From assembly GCA_964016885.1 (NCBI GenBank), contig CAXHJY010000329.1:1-64000 (forward strand): a DNA stretch of 64,000 nt, in the 5' to 3' direction. The position numbers and the translations under genes are program-made. The notes below the pieces were generated by a model. That model was not told the origin of the DNA, made no database searches, and saw only the letters and a program-made list of their open reading frames with translations. Source of the stretch: Eledone cirrhosa. Taxonomy: Eukaryota. Position 1 is the stretch's first letter. The number at the start of each line of letters is the position of its first letter. Positions 26,201 through 41,199 of this stretch are shown in pieces.

Positions 26201-29200
26201 TAGTTTATACGCCCAGTTATTAGACTATAATATTGGCAGAATCTGTGGAGCGTCAGACCAGAGAGTTATGGTTTATACGCCCTGTTATTAGACTATAATA
26301 TTGGCAGAATGGGTGGAGCGTCGGACAACAGAGTTATGGTTTATACGCCCTGTTATTAGACTATACTATTGGCAGAATGGGTGGAGCGTCAGACAACAGA
26401 GTTATGGTTTATACGCCCTGTTATTAGACTATAATATTGGCAGAATGGGTGGAGTGTCAGACAACAGAGTTATGGTTTATACGCCCTGTTATTAGACTAT
26501 AATATTGGCAGAATGGGTGGAGCGTCAAACAACAGAATTATGGTTTATACGCCCTGTTATTAGACTATAATATTGGCAGAATGGGTGGAGCGGCAGACAA
26601 CAGAGATATGGTTTATACGCCCTGCTATTAGACTATAATATTGGCAGAATCTGTGGAGCGTCAGACAATAGAGTTATGGTTTATACGGCCTGTTATTATA
26701 CTATAATATTGGCAGAATGGGTGGAGCGTCAGACACCAGAGTTATGGTTTATACGCCCTGTTATTAGACTATAATATTGGCAGAATGGGTGGAGCGTCAG
26801 ACACCAGAGTCATGGTTTATACGCCCTGTTATTAGACTATCATATTGGCAGAAAGGGTGGAGCGTCAGACAACAGAGTTATGGTTTATGCGCCCTGTTAT
26901 TAGACTATAATATTGGCAGAATGGGTGGAGCGTCAGACACCAGAGATATGGTTTATACGCCCTGTTATTAGACTATAATATTGGCAGAATCAGTGGAGCA
27001 TCAGACACCAGAGTTATGGTTTATACACCCTGTTATTAGACTATAATATTGGCAGAATGGGTGGAGCGTCAGACACCAGAGTTATGGTTTATACGCCCTG
27101 TTATTAGACTATAATATTGGCAGAATGGGTGGAGCATCAGACACCAGAGTTATGGTTTATACGCCCTGTTATTAGACTATAATATTGGCAGAATGGGTGG
27201 AGCATCAGACACCAGAGTTATGGTTTATACGCCCTGTTATTAGACTATAATATTGGCAGAATGGGTGGAGCGTCAGACAACAGAGTTATGGTTTGTACGC
27301 CCTGTTATTAGACTATAATATTGGCAGAATGGGTGGAGCATCAGTCACCAGAGTTATGATTTATACGCCCTGTTACTAGACTATAATATTGGTAGAATGG
27401 GTGGAGCGTCAGACAACAGAGTTATGGTTTATACGTCCGGTTATTAGACTATAATATTGGCAGAATGGGTGGAGCGTCAGACACCAGAGTTATGGTTTAT
27501 ACGCCCTGTTATTAGACTATAATATTGGCAGAATGGGTGGAGCGTCAGACACCAGAGTTATGGTTTATACGCCCTGTTATTAGACTATAATATTGACAGA
27601 ATGGGTGGAGCATCAGACACCAGAGTTATGGTTTATACGCCCTGTTATTAGACTATAATATTGGCAGAATGGGTGGAGCGTCAGACAATAGAGTTATGGT
27701 TTATACGCCCTGTTATTAGACTATAATATTGGCAGAATGGGTGGAGCGTCAGACACCAGTGTTATGGTTTATACGCCCTGTTATTAGACTATAATATTGG
27801 CAGAATGGGTGGAGCGTCAGACAATAGAGTTATAGTTTATACGCCCTGTTATTAGGCTATAACATTGGCAGAATGGGTGGAGCGTCAGACACCAGATTTA
27901 TGGTTTATACGCCCAGTTATTAGACTATAATATTGGCAGAATGGGTGGAGCGTCAGACAACAGAGTTATAATTTATACGCCCTGTTATTAGACTATAATA
28001 TTGGCAGAATGGGTGGAGCGTCAGACAACAGAGTTATAGTTTATACGCCCAGTTATTAGACTATAATATTGGCAGAATCTGTGGAGCGTCAGACCAGAGA
28101 GTTATGGTTTATACGCCCTGTTATTAGACTATAATATTGGCAGAATGGGTGGAGCGTCGGACAACAGAGTTATGGTTTATACGCCCTGTTATTAGACTAT
28201 ACTATTGGCAGAATGGGTGGAGCGTCAGACAACAGAGTTATGGTTTATACGCCCTGTTATTAGACTATAATATTGGCAGAATGGGTGGAGTGTCAGACAA
28301 CAGAGTTATGGTTTATACGCCCTGTTATTAGACTATAATATTGGCAGAATGGGTGGAGCGTCAAACAACAGAATTATGGTTTATACGCCCTGTTATTAGA
28401 CTATAATATTGGCAGAATGGGTGGAGCGGCAGACAACAGAGATATGGTTTATACGCCCTGCTATTAGACTATAATATTGGCAGAATCTGTGGAGCGTCAG
28501 ACAATAGAGTTATGGTTTATACGGCCTGTTATTATACTATAATATTGGCAGAATGGGTGGAGCGTCAGACACCAGAGTTATGGTTTATACGCCCTGTTAT
28601 TAGACTATAATATTGGCAGAATGGGTGGAGCGTCAGACACCAGAGTCATGGTTTATACGCCCTGTTATTAGACTATCATATTGGCAGAAAGGGTGGAGCG
28701 TCAGACAACAGAGTTATGGTTTATGCGCCCTGTTATTAGACTATAATATTGGCAGAATGGGTGGAGCGTCAGACACCAGAGATATGGTTTATACGCCCTG
28801 TTATTAGACTATAATATTGGCAGAATCAGTGGAGCGTCAGACACCAAAGTTATGGTTTATACGCCCTGTTATTAGACTATAATATTGGCAGAATGGGTGG
28901 AGCATCAGACACCAGAGTTATGGTTTATACGCCCTGTTATTAGACTATAATATTGGCAGAATGGGTGGAGCGTCAGTCAACAGAGTTATGGTTTATACGC
29001 CCTGTTATTAGACTATAATATTGGCAGAATGGGTGGAGCGTCAGACACCAGAGTTATGGTTTATACGCCCTGTTATTAGACTATAATATTGGCAGAATGG
29101 GTGGAGCGTCAGACAACAGAGTTATGGTTTATACGCCCTGTTATTAGACTATAATATTGGCAGAATGGGTGAAGCGTCAGACAACAGAGTTATGGTTTAT

Positions 29201-32200
29201 ACGCCCTGTTATTAGACTATAATATTGGCAGAATGGGTGGAGCGTCAGACACCAGAGATATGGTTTATACGCCCTATTATTAGACTATAATATTGGCAGA
29301 ATTGGTGGAGCGTCAGACAACAGAGTTATGGATTATACGCCCTGTTATTAGACTATAATATTGGCAGAATGGGTGGAGCATCAGACACCAGAGTTATGGT
29401 TTATACGCCCTGTTATTAGACTATAATATTGGCAGAATGGGTGGAGCATCAGACACCAGAGTTATGGTTTATAGGCCCTGTTATTAGACTATAATATTGG
29501 CAGAATGGGTGGAGCGTCAGACACCAGAGTTATGGTTTATACGCCCTGTTATTAGACTATAATATTGGCAGAATGGGTGGAGCGTCAGACAACAGAGTTA
29601 TGGTTTATACGTCCGGTTATTAGACTATAATATTGGCAGAATGGGTGGAGCGTCAGACACCAGAGTTATGGTTTATACGCCCTGTTATTAGACTATAATA
29701 TTGGCAGAATGGGTGGAGCGTCAGACACCAGAGTTATGGTTTATACGCCCTGTTATTAGACTATAATATTGGCAGAATGGGTGGAGCGTCAGACAACAGA
29801 GTTATGGTTTATACGCCCTGTTATTAGACTATAATATTGGCAGAATGGGTGGAGCGTCAGACAACAGAGTTATGGTTTATACGCCCTGTTATTAGACTAT
29901 AATATTGGCAGAATGGGTGGAGCGTCAGACAACAGAGTTATGGTTTATACGCTCTGTTATCAGACTATAATATTGGCAGAATGGGTGGAGCGTCAGACAC
30001 CAGAGTTATGGTTTATATGCCCTGTTATTAGACTATAAGATTGGCAGAATGGGTGGAGCGTCAGACAACAGAGTTATGGTTTATGCGCCCTGTTATTAGA
30101 CTATAATATTGGCAGAATGGTTGGAGCGTCAGACAACAGAGTTATGGTTTATACGCCCTGATATTAGACTATAATATTGGCAGCATGGGTGGAGCGTCAG
30201 ACAACAGAGTTATGGTTTATACGCCCTGTTATTAGACTATAATATTGGCAGAATGGGTGGAGCGTCAGACGACAGAGTTATGGTTTATACGCCTTGTTAT
30301 TAGACTATAATATTGGCAGAATGTGTGTAGCGTCAGACAACAGAGTTATGGTTTATACGCCCTGTTATTAGACTATAATATTGGCAGAATGGGTGGAGCG
30401 TCAGACAACAGACTTATGGTTTATACGCCCTGTTATTAGACAATAATATTGGCAGAATGGGTGGAGCGTCAGACAACAGAGTTATGGTTTATACGCCCTG
30501 TTATTAGACTATAGTATTGGCAGAATGGGTGGAGCGTCAGACAACAGAGTTATGGTTTATACGCCCTGTTATTAGACTATAATATTGGCAGAATGGGTGG
30601 AGCGTCAGACACCAGAGTTATGGTTTATACGTCCGGTTATTAGACTATAATATTGGCAGAATGGGTGGAGCGTCAGACACCAGAGTTATGGTTTATACGC
30701 CCTGTTATTAGACTATAATATTGGCAGAATGGGTGGAGCGTCAGACACCAGAGTTATGGTTTACACGCCCTGTTATTAGACTATACTATTGGCAGAATGG
30801 GTGGAGCATCAGACACCAGAGTTATGGTTTATACGCCCTGTTATTAGACTATAATATTGGCAGAATGGGTGGAGCATCAGACACCAGAGTTATGGTTTAT
30901 ACGCCCTGTTATTATACTATAATATTGGCAGAATGGGTGGAGCGTCAGACTCCAGAGTTATGGTTTATACGCCCTGTTATTAGACTATAATATTGGCAGA
31001 ATGGGTGGAGCGTCAGACACCAGATTTATGGTTTATACGCCCTGTTATTAGACTATAATATTGGCAGAATGGGTGGAGCGTCAGACACCAGAGTTATGGT
31101 TTATGCGCCCTGTTATTAGACTATAATATTGGCAGAATGGGTGGAGCGTCAGACACCAGAGTTATGGTTTATACGCCCTGTTATTAGACTATAATATTGG
31201 CAGAATGGGTGGAGCGTCAGACAACAGAGTTATGGTTTATACGCCCTGTTATTAGACTATAATATTGGCAGAATGGGTGGAGCATCAGACACCAGAGTTA
31301 TGGTTTATACGCCCTGTTATTAGACTATAATATTGGCAGAATGGGTGGAGCATCAGACACCAGAGTTATGGTTTATACGCCCTGTTATTAGACTATAATA
31401 TTGGCAGAATGGGTGGAGCGTCAGACAACAGAGTTATGGTTTATACGCCCTGTTATTAGACTATAATATTGGCAGAATGGGTGGAGCGTCAGACAACAGA
31501 GTTATGGTTTATACGCCCTGTTATTAGACTATCATATTGGCAGAATGGGTGGAGCGTCAGACAACAGAGTTATGGTTTATACGCCCTGTTATTAGACTAT
31601 AATATTGGCAGAATGGGTGGAGCGTCAGACACCAGAGTTATGGTTTATACGCCCTGTTATTAGACTATAATATTGGCAGAATGGGTGGAGCGTCAGACAA
31701 CAGAGTTATGGTTTATACGCCCTGTTATTAGACTATAATATTGGCAGAATGGGTGGAGCGTCAGACAACAGAGTTATGGTTTATACGCCCTGATATTAGA
31801 CTATAATATTGGCAGAATGGGTGGAGCGTCAGACAACAGAGTTATGGTTTATACGCTTTGTTATCAGACTATAATATTGGCAGAGTGGGTGGAGCGTCAG
31901 ACACCAGAGTTATGGTTTATACGCCCTGTTATTAGACTATAATATTGGCAGAATGGGTGGAGCGTCAGACAACAGAGTTATGGTTTATACGCCCTGTTAT
32001 TAGACAATAATATTGGCAGAATGGGTGGAGCGTCAGACAACAGAGTTATGGTTTATACGCCCTGTTATTAGACTATAGTATTGGCAGAATGGGTGGAGCG
32101 TCAGACAACAGAGTTATGGTTTATACGCCCTGTTATTAGACTATAATATTGGCAGAATGGGTGGAGCGTCAGACACCAGAGTTATGGTTTATACGCCCTG

Positions 32201-34450
32201 TTATTAAACTATAATATTGGCAGAATGGGTGGAGCATCAGACACCAGAGTTATGGTTTATACGCCCTGTTATTAGACTATAATATTGGCAGAATGGGTGG
32301 AGCGTCAGACAACAGAGTTATGGTTTGTACGCCCTGTTATTAGACTATAATATTGGCAGAATGGGTGGAGCATCAGGCACCAGAGTTATGATTTATACGC
32401 CCTGTTACTAGACTATAATATTGGCAGAATGGGTGGAGCGTCAGACAACAGAGTTATGGTTTATACGTCCGGTTATTAGACTATAATATTGGCAGAATGG
32501 GTGGAGCGTCAGACACCAGAGTTATGGTTTATACGCCCTGTTATTAGACTATAATATTGGCAGAATGGGTGGAGCGTCAGACACCAGAGTTATGGTTTAT
32601 ACGCCCTGTTATTAGACTATAATATTGACAGAATGGGTGGAGCATCAGTCACCAGAGTTATGGTTTATACGCCCTGTTATTAGACTATAATATTGGCAGA
32701 ATGGGTGGAGCGTCAGACACCAGAGTTATGGTTTATACGCCCTGTTATTAGACTATAATATTGGCAGAATGGGTGGAGCATCAGACACCAGAGTTATGGT
32801 TTATACGCCCTGTTATTAGACTATAATATTGGCAGAATGGGTGGAGCATCAGACACCAGAGTCATGGTTTATACGCCCTGTTATTAGACTATCATATTGG
32901 CAGAAAGGGTGGAGCGTCAGACAACAGAGTTATGGTTTATGCGCCCTGTTATTAGACTATAATATTGGCAGAATGGGTGGACCGTCAGACACCAGAGATA
33001 TGGTTTATACGCCCTGTTATTAGACTATAATATTGGCAGAATCAGTGGAGCGTCAGACACCAGAGTTATGGTTTATACGCCCTGTTATTAGACTATAATA
33101 TTGGCAGAATGGGTGGAGCATCAGACACCAGAGTTATGCTTTATACGCCCTGTTATTAGACTATAATATTGGCAGAATGGGTGGAGCGTCAGTCAACAGA
33201 GTTATGGTTTATACGCCCTGTTATTAGACTATAATATTGGCAGAATGGGTGGAGCGTCAGACACCAGAGTTATGGTTTATACGCCATGTTATTAGACTAT
33301 AATATTGGCAGAATGGGTGGAGCGTCAGACAACAGAGTTATGGTTTATACGCCCTGTTATTAGACTATAATATTGGCAGAATGGGTGGAGCGTCAGACAA
33401 CAGAGTTATGGTTTATACGCACTGTTATTAGACTATAATATTGGCAGAATGGGTGGAGCGTCAGACACCAAAGTTATGGTTTATACGCCCTGTTATTAGA
33501 CTATAATATTGGCAGAATGGGTGGAGCGTCAGACAACAGAGTTATGGTTTATACGCCCTGTTATTAGACTATAATATTGGCAGAATGGGTGGAGCATTAG
33601 GCACCAGAGTTATGGTTTATGCGCCCTGTTATTAGACTATAATATTGGCAGAATGGGAGGAGCGTCAGACAACAGAGTTATGGTTTATACGCCCTGTTAT
33701 TAGACTATAATATTGGCAGAATGGGTGGAGCGTCAGACAACAGAGTTATGGTTTATACGCCCTGTTATTAGACTATAATATTGGCAGAATGGTTGGAGCA
33801 TCAGACACCAGAGTTATGGTTTATACGCCCTGTTATTAGACTATAATATTGGCAGAATGGGTGGAGCGTCAGACACCAGAGTTATGGTTTATACGCCCTG
33901 TTATTAGACTATAATATTGGCAGAATGGGTGGAGCATCAGACACCAGAGTTATGGTTTATACGCCCTGTTATTAGACTATAATATTGGCAGAATGGGTGG
34001 AGCATCAGACACCAGAGTTATGGTTTATACGCCCTGTTATTAGACTATAATATTGGCAGAATGGGTGGAGCGTCAGACAACAGAGTTATGGTTTGTACGC
34101 CCTGTTATTAGACTATAATATTGGCAGAATGGGTGGAGCATCAGGCACCAGAGTTATGATTTATACGCCCTGTTACTAGACTATAATATTGGCAGAATGG
34201 GTGGAGCGTCAGACAACAGAGTTATGGTTTATACGTCCGGTTATTAGACTATAATATTGGCAGAATGGGTGGAGCGTCAGACACCAGAGTTATGGTTTAT
34301 ACGCCCTGTTATTAGACTATAATATTGGCAGAATGGGTGGAGCGTCAGACACCAGAGTTATGGTTTATACGCCCTGTTATTAGACTATAATATTGACAGA
34401 ATGGGTGGAGCATCAGACACCAGAGTTATGGTTTATACGCCCTGTTATTA
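14300..34450 (+). repeat. About three rearranged copies of a ~6.9-7.0-kb higher-order block (101-103 monomers)
   Basis: Identical variant strings recur at offsets 6868 (16849/23717, 17597/24465), 7004 (21133/28137, 21609/28613, 23717/30721, 24465/31469) and 13804 (19025/32829). Boundaries are approximate. Confidence 0.85.
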
Positions 34451-35939
34451 GACTATAATATTGGCAGAATGGGTGGAGCGTCAGACACCAGAGTTATGGT
34501 TTATACGCCCTGTTATTAGACTATAATATTGGCAGAATGGGTGGAGCATCAGACACCAGAGTTATGGTTTATACGCCCTGTTATTAGACTATAATATTGG
34601 CAGAATGGGTGGAGCATCAGACACCAGAGTTATGGTTTATACGCCCTGTTATTAGACTATAATATTGGCAGAATGGGTGGAGCGTCAGACAACAGAGTTA
34701 TGGTTTATACGCCCTGTTATTAGACTATCATATTGGCAGAATGGGTGGAGCGTCAGACAACAGAGTTATGGTTTATACGCCCTGTTATTAGACTATAATA
34801 TTGGCAGAATGGGTGGAGCGTCAGACACCAGAGTTATGGTTTATACGCCCTGTTATTAGACTATAATATTGGCAGAATGGGTGGAGCGTCAGACAACAGA
34901 GTTATGGTTTATACGCCCTGTTATTAGACTATAATATTGGCAGAATGGGTGGAGCGTCAGACAACAGAGTTATGGTTTATACGCCCTGTTATTAGACTAT
35001 AATATTGGCAGAATGGGTGGAGCGTCAGACAACAGAGTTATGGTTTATACGCTCTGTTATCAGACTATAATATTGGCAGAATGGGTGGAGCGTCAGACAC
35101 CAGAGTTATGGTTTATATGCCCTGTTATTAGACTATAAGATTGGCAGAATGGGTGGAGCGTCAGACAACAGAGTTATGGTTTATACGCCCTGTTATTAGA
35201 CTATAATATTGGCAGAATGGGTGGAGCGTCAGACAACAGAGTTATGGTTTATACGCCCTGTTATTAGACTATAATATTGGCAGCATGGGTGGAGCGTCAG
35301 ACGACAGAGTTATGGTTTATACGCCTTGTTATTAGACTATAATATTGGCAGAATGTGTGGAGCGTCAGACAACAGAGTTATGGTTTATACGCCCTGTTAT
35401 TAGACTATAATATTGGCAGAATGGGTGGAGCGTCAGACAACAGAGTTATGGTTTATACGCCCTGTTATTAGACAATAATATTGGCAGAATGGGTGGAGCG
35501 TCAGACAACAGAGTTATGGTTTATACGCCCTGTTATTAGACTATAGTATTGGCAGAATGGGTGGAGCGTCAGACAACAGAGTTATGGTTTATACGCCCTG
35601 TTATTAGACTATAATATTGGCAGAATGGGTGGAGCGTCAGACACCAGAGTTATGGTTTATACGTCCGGTTATTAGACTATAATATTGGCAGAATGGGTGG
35701 AGCGTCAGACACCAGAGTTATGGTTTATACGCCCTGTTATTAGACTATAATATTGGCAGAATGGGTGGAGCGTCAGACACCAGAGTTATGGTTTATACGC
35801 CCTGTTATTAGACTATACTATTGGCAGAATGGGTGGAGCATCAGACACCAGAGTTATGGTTTATACGCCCTGTTATTAGACTATAATATTGGCAGAATGG
35901 GTGGAGCATCAGACACCAGAGTTATGGTTTATACGCCCT

Positions 35940-38900
35940 GTTATTATACTATAATATTGGCGGAATTGGTGGAGCGTCAGACTCCAGAGTTATGGTTTAT
36001 ACGCCCTGTTATTAGACTATAATATTGGCAGAATGGGTGGAGCGTCAGACACCAGATTTATGGTTTATACGCCCTGTTATTAGACTATAATATTGGCAGA
36101 ATGGGTGGAGCGTCAGACACCAGAGTTATGGTTTATGCGCCCTGTTATTAGACTATAATATTGGCAGAATGGGTGGAGCGTCAGACACCAGAGTTATGGT
36201 TTATACGCCCTGTTATTAGACTATAATATTGCCAGAATGGGTGGGGCGTCAGACAACAGAGTTATGGTTTATACGCCCTGTTATTAGACTATAATATTGG
36301 CAGAATGGGTGGAGCATCAGACACCAGAGTTATGGTTTATACGCCCTGTTATTAGACTATAATATTGGCAGAATGGGTGGAGCATCAGACACCAGAGTTA
36401 TGGTTTATACGCCCTGTTATTAGACTATAATATTGGCAGAATGGGTGGAGCGTCAGACAACAGAGTTATGGTTTATACGCCCTGTTATTAGACTATAATA
36501 TTGGCAGAATGGGTGGAGCGTCAGACAACAGAGTTATGGTTTATACGCCCTGTTATTAGACTATCATATTGGCAGAATGGGTGGAGCGTCAGACAACAGA
36601 GTTATGGTTTATACGCCCTGTTATTAGACTATAATATTGGCAGAATGGGTGGAGCGTCAGCCACCAGAGTTATGGTTTATACGCCCTGTTATTAGACTAT
36701 AATATTGGCAGAATGGGTGGAGCGTCAGACAACAGAGTTATGGTTTATACGCCCTGTTATTAGACTATAATATTGGCAGAATGGGTGGAGCGTCAGACAA
36801 CAGAGTTATGGTTTATACGCCCTGTTATTAGACTATAATATTGGCAGAATGGGTGGAGCGTCAGACAACAGAGTTATGGTTTATACGCTTTGTTATCAGA
36901 CTATAATATTGGCAGAATGGGTGGAGCGTCAGACACCAGAGTTATGGTTTATACGCCCTGTTATTAGACTATAATATTGGCAGAATGGGTGGAGCGTCAG
37001 ACAACAGAGTTATGGTTTATACGCCCTGTTATTAGACAATAATATTGGCAGAATGGGTGGAGCGTCAGACAACAGAGTTATGGTTTATACGCCCTGTTAT
37101 TAGACTGTAGTATTGGCAGAATGGGTGGAGCGTCAGACAACAGAGTTATGGTTTATACGCCCTGTTATTAGACTATAATATTGGCAGAATGGGTGGAGCG
37201 TCAGACACCAGAGTTATGGTTTATACGCCCTGTTATTAGACTATAATATTGGCAGAATGGGTGGAGAGTCAGACAACAGAGTTATGGTTTATACGCCCTG
37301 TTATTAGACTATAATATTGGCAGAATGGGTGGAGCATCAGACACCAGAGTTATGGTTTATACGCCCTGTTGTTAGACTATAATATTGGCAGAATGGGTGG
37401 AGCGTCAGACACCAGAGTTATGGTTTATACGCCCTGTTATTAGACTATAATATTGCCAGAATGGGTGGAGGGTCAGACAACAGAGTTATGGTTTATACGC
37501 CCTGTTATTATACTATAATATTGGCGGAATGGGTGGAGCGTCAGACTCCAGAGTTATGGTTTATACGCCCTGTTATTAGACTATAATATTGGCAGAATGG
37601 GTGGAGCGTCAGACACCAGATTTATGGTTTATACGCCCTGTTATTAGACTATAATATTGGCAGAATGGGTGGAGCGTCAGACACCAGAGTTATGGTTTAT
37701 GCGCCCTGTTATTAGACTATAATATTGGCAGAATGGGTGGAGCGTCAGACACCAGAGTTATGGTTTATACGCCCTGTTATTAGACTATAATATTGCCAGA
37801 ATGGGTGGAGCGTCAGACAACAGAGTTATGGTTTATACGCCCTGTTATTAGACTATAATATTGGCAGAATGGGTGGAGCATCAGACACCAGAGTTATGGT
37901 TTATACGCCCTGTTATTAGACTATAATATTGGCAGAATGGGTGGAGCATCAGACACCAGAGTTATGGTTTATACGCCCTGTTATTAGACTATAATATTGG
38001 CAGAATGGGTGGAGCGTCAGACAACAGAGTTATGGTTTATACGCCCTGTTATTAGACTATAATATTGGCAGAATGGGTGGAGCGTCAGACAACAGAGTTA
38101 TGGTTTATACGCCCTGTTATTAGACTATCATATTGGCAGAATGGGTGGAGCGTCAGACAACAGAGTTATGGTTTATACGCCCTGTTATTAGACTATAATA
38201 TTGGCAGAATGGGTGGAGCGTCAGCCACCAGAGTTATGGTTTATACGCCCTGTTATTAGACTATAATATTGGCAGAATGGGTGGAGCGTCAGACAACAGA
38301 GTTATGGTTTATACGCCCTGTTATTAGACTATAATATTGGCAGAATGGGTGGAGCGTCAGACAACAGAGTTATGGTTTATACGCCCTGTTATTAGACTAT
38401 AATATTGGCAGAATGGGTGGAGCGTCAGACAACAGAGTTATGGTTTATACGCTTTGTTATCAGACTATAATATTGGCAGAATGGGTGGAGCGTCAGACAC
38501 CAGAGTTATGGTTTATACGCCCTGTTATTAGACTATAATATTGGCAGAATGGGTGGAGCGTCAGACAACAGAGTTATGGTTTATACGCCCTGTTATTAGA
38601 CAATAATATTGGCAGAATGGGTGGAGCGTCAGACAACAGAGTTATGGTTTATACGCCCTGTTATTAGACTGTAGTATTGGCAGAATGGGTGGAGCGTCAG
38701 ACAACAGAGTTATGGTTTATACGCCCTGTTATTAGACTATAATATTGGCAGAATGGGTGGAGCGTCAGACACCAGAGTTATGGTTTATACGCCCTGTTAT
38801 TAGACTATAATATTGGCAGAATGGGTGGAGAGTCAGACAACAGAGTTATGGTTTATACGCCCTGTTATTAGACTATAATATTGGCAGAATGGGTGGAGCA

Positions 38901-39070
38901 TCAGACACCAGAGTTATGGTTTATACGCCCTGTTGTTAGACTATAATATTGGCAGAATGGGTGGAGCGTCAGACACCAGAGTTATGGTTTATACGCCCTG
39001 TTATTAGACTATAATATTGCCAGAATGGGTGGAGGGTCAGACAACAGAGTTATGGTTTATACGCCCTGTT
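35940..39070 (+). repeat. Tandem duplication of 23 monomers (1564 bp)
   Basis: Private markers TCAGCCACC (36657/38221), GACTGTAG (~37103/38667), GAGAGTC (~37264/38828) and GTTGTTAG (~37368/38932) recur at +1564. Confidence 0.9.
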
Positions 39071-41199
39071 ATTAGACTATAATATTGGCAGAATGGGTTG
39101 AGCGTCAGACAACAGAGTTATGGTTTATACGCCCTGTTGTTAGACTATAATATTGGCAGCATGGGTGGAGCGTCAGACAACAGAGTTATGGTTTATACGC
39201 CCTGTTATTAGACTATAATATTGGCAGACTGGGTGGAGCGTCAGACAACAGAGTTATGGTTTATACGCCCTGTTATTAGACTATAATATTGGCAGAATGG
39301 GTGGAGCGTCAGACAACAGAGTTATGGTTTATACGCCCTGTTATTAGACAATAATATTGGCAGAATGGGTGGAGCGTCAGACAACAGAGTTATGGTTTAT
39401 ACGCCCTGTTATTAGACTATAATATTGGCAGAATGGGTGGAGCGTCAGACAATAGAGTTATGGTTTATACGCCCTGTTATTAGACTATAATATTGGCAGA
39501 ATGGGTGGGGCGTCAGACAACAGAGTTATAGTTTATACGCCCTGTTATTAGACTATAATATTGGCAGAATGGGTGGAGCGTCTGACAACAGAGTTATGGT
39601 TTATACGCCCTGTTATTAGACTATAATATTGGCAGAATGGGTGGAGCGTCAGACAACAGACTTATGGTTTATACGCCCTGTTATTAGACTATAATATTGG
39701 CAGAATGGGTGGAGCAGCAGACAACAGAGATATGGTTTATACGCCCTGTTATTAGACTATAATATTGGCAGAATCTGTGGAGCGTCAGACAATAGAGTTA
39801 TGGTTTATACGCCCTATTATTAGACTATAATATTGGCAGAATGGGTGGAGCGTCAGACACCAGAGTTATGGTTTATACGCCCTGTTATTAGACTATAATA
39901 TTGGCAGAATGGGTGGAGCATCAGACACCAGAGTTATGGTTTATACGCCCTGTTATTAGACTATAATATTGGCAGAATGGGTGGAGCATCAGACACCAGA
40001 GTTATGGTTTATACGCCCTGTTATTAGACTATAATATTGGCAGAATGGGTGGAGCGTCAGACAACAGAGTTATGGTTTATACGCCCTGTTATTAGACTAT
40101 AATATTGGCAGAATGGGTGGAGCGTCAGACAACAGAGTTATGGTTTATACGCCCTGTTATTAGACTATAATATTGGCAGAATGGGTGGAGCGTCAAACAA
40201 CAGAATTATGGTTTATACGCCCTGTTATTAGACTATAATATTGGCAGAATGGGTGGAGCGGCAGACAACAGAGATATGGTTTATACGCCCTGCTATTAGA
40301 CTATAATATTGGCAGAATCTGTGGAGCGTCAGACAATAGAGTTATGGTTTATACGGCCTGTTATTATACTATAATATTGGCAGAATGGGTGGAGCGTCAG
40401 ACACCAGAGTTATGGTTTATACGCCCTGTTATTAGACTATAATATTGGCAGAATGGGTGGAGCGTCAGACACCAGAGTCATGGTTTATACGCCCTGTTAT
40501 TAGACTATCATATTGGCAGAAAGGGTGGAGCGTCAGACAACAGAGTTATGGTTTATGCGCCCTGTTATTAGACTATAATATTGGCAGAATGGGTGGAGCG
40601 TCAGACACCAGAGATATGGTTTATACGCCCTGTTATTAGACTATAATATTGGCAGAATCAGTGGAGCGTCAGACACCAAAGTTATGGTTTATACGCCCTG
40701 TTATTAGACTATAATATTGGCAGAATGGGTGGAGCATCAGACACCAGAGTTATGGTTTATACGCCCTGTTATTAGACTATAATATTGGCAGAATGGGTGG
40801 AGCGTCAGACAACAGAGTTATGGTTTATACGCCCTGTTATTAGACTATAATATTGGCAGAATGGGTGGAGCGTCAGACAACAGAGTTATGGTTTATACGC
40901 CCTGTTATTAGACTATAATATTGGCAGAATGGGTGGAGCGTCAGACAACAGAGTTATGGTTTATACGCTCTGTTATCAGACTATAATATTGGCAGAATGG
41001 GTGGAGCGTCAGACACCAGAGTTATGGTTTATATGCCCTGTTATTAGACTATAAGATTGGCAGAATCTGTGGAGCGTCAGACAATAGAGTTATGGTTTAT
41101 ACGCCCTGTTATTAGACTATAATATTGGCGGAATGTGTGGAGCGTCAGACAACAGAGTTATGGTTTATACGCCCTGTTATTAGACTATAATATTGGCAG

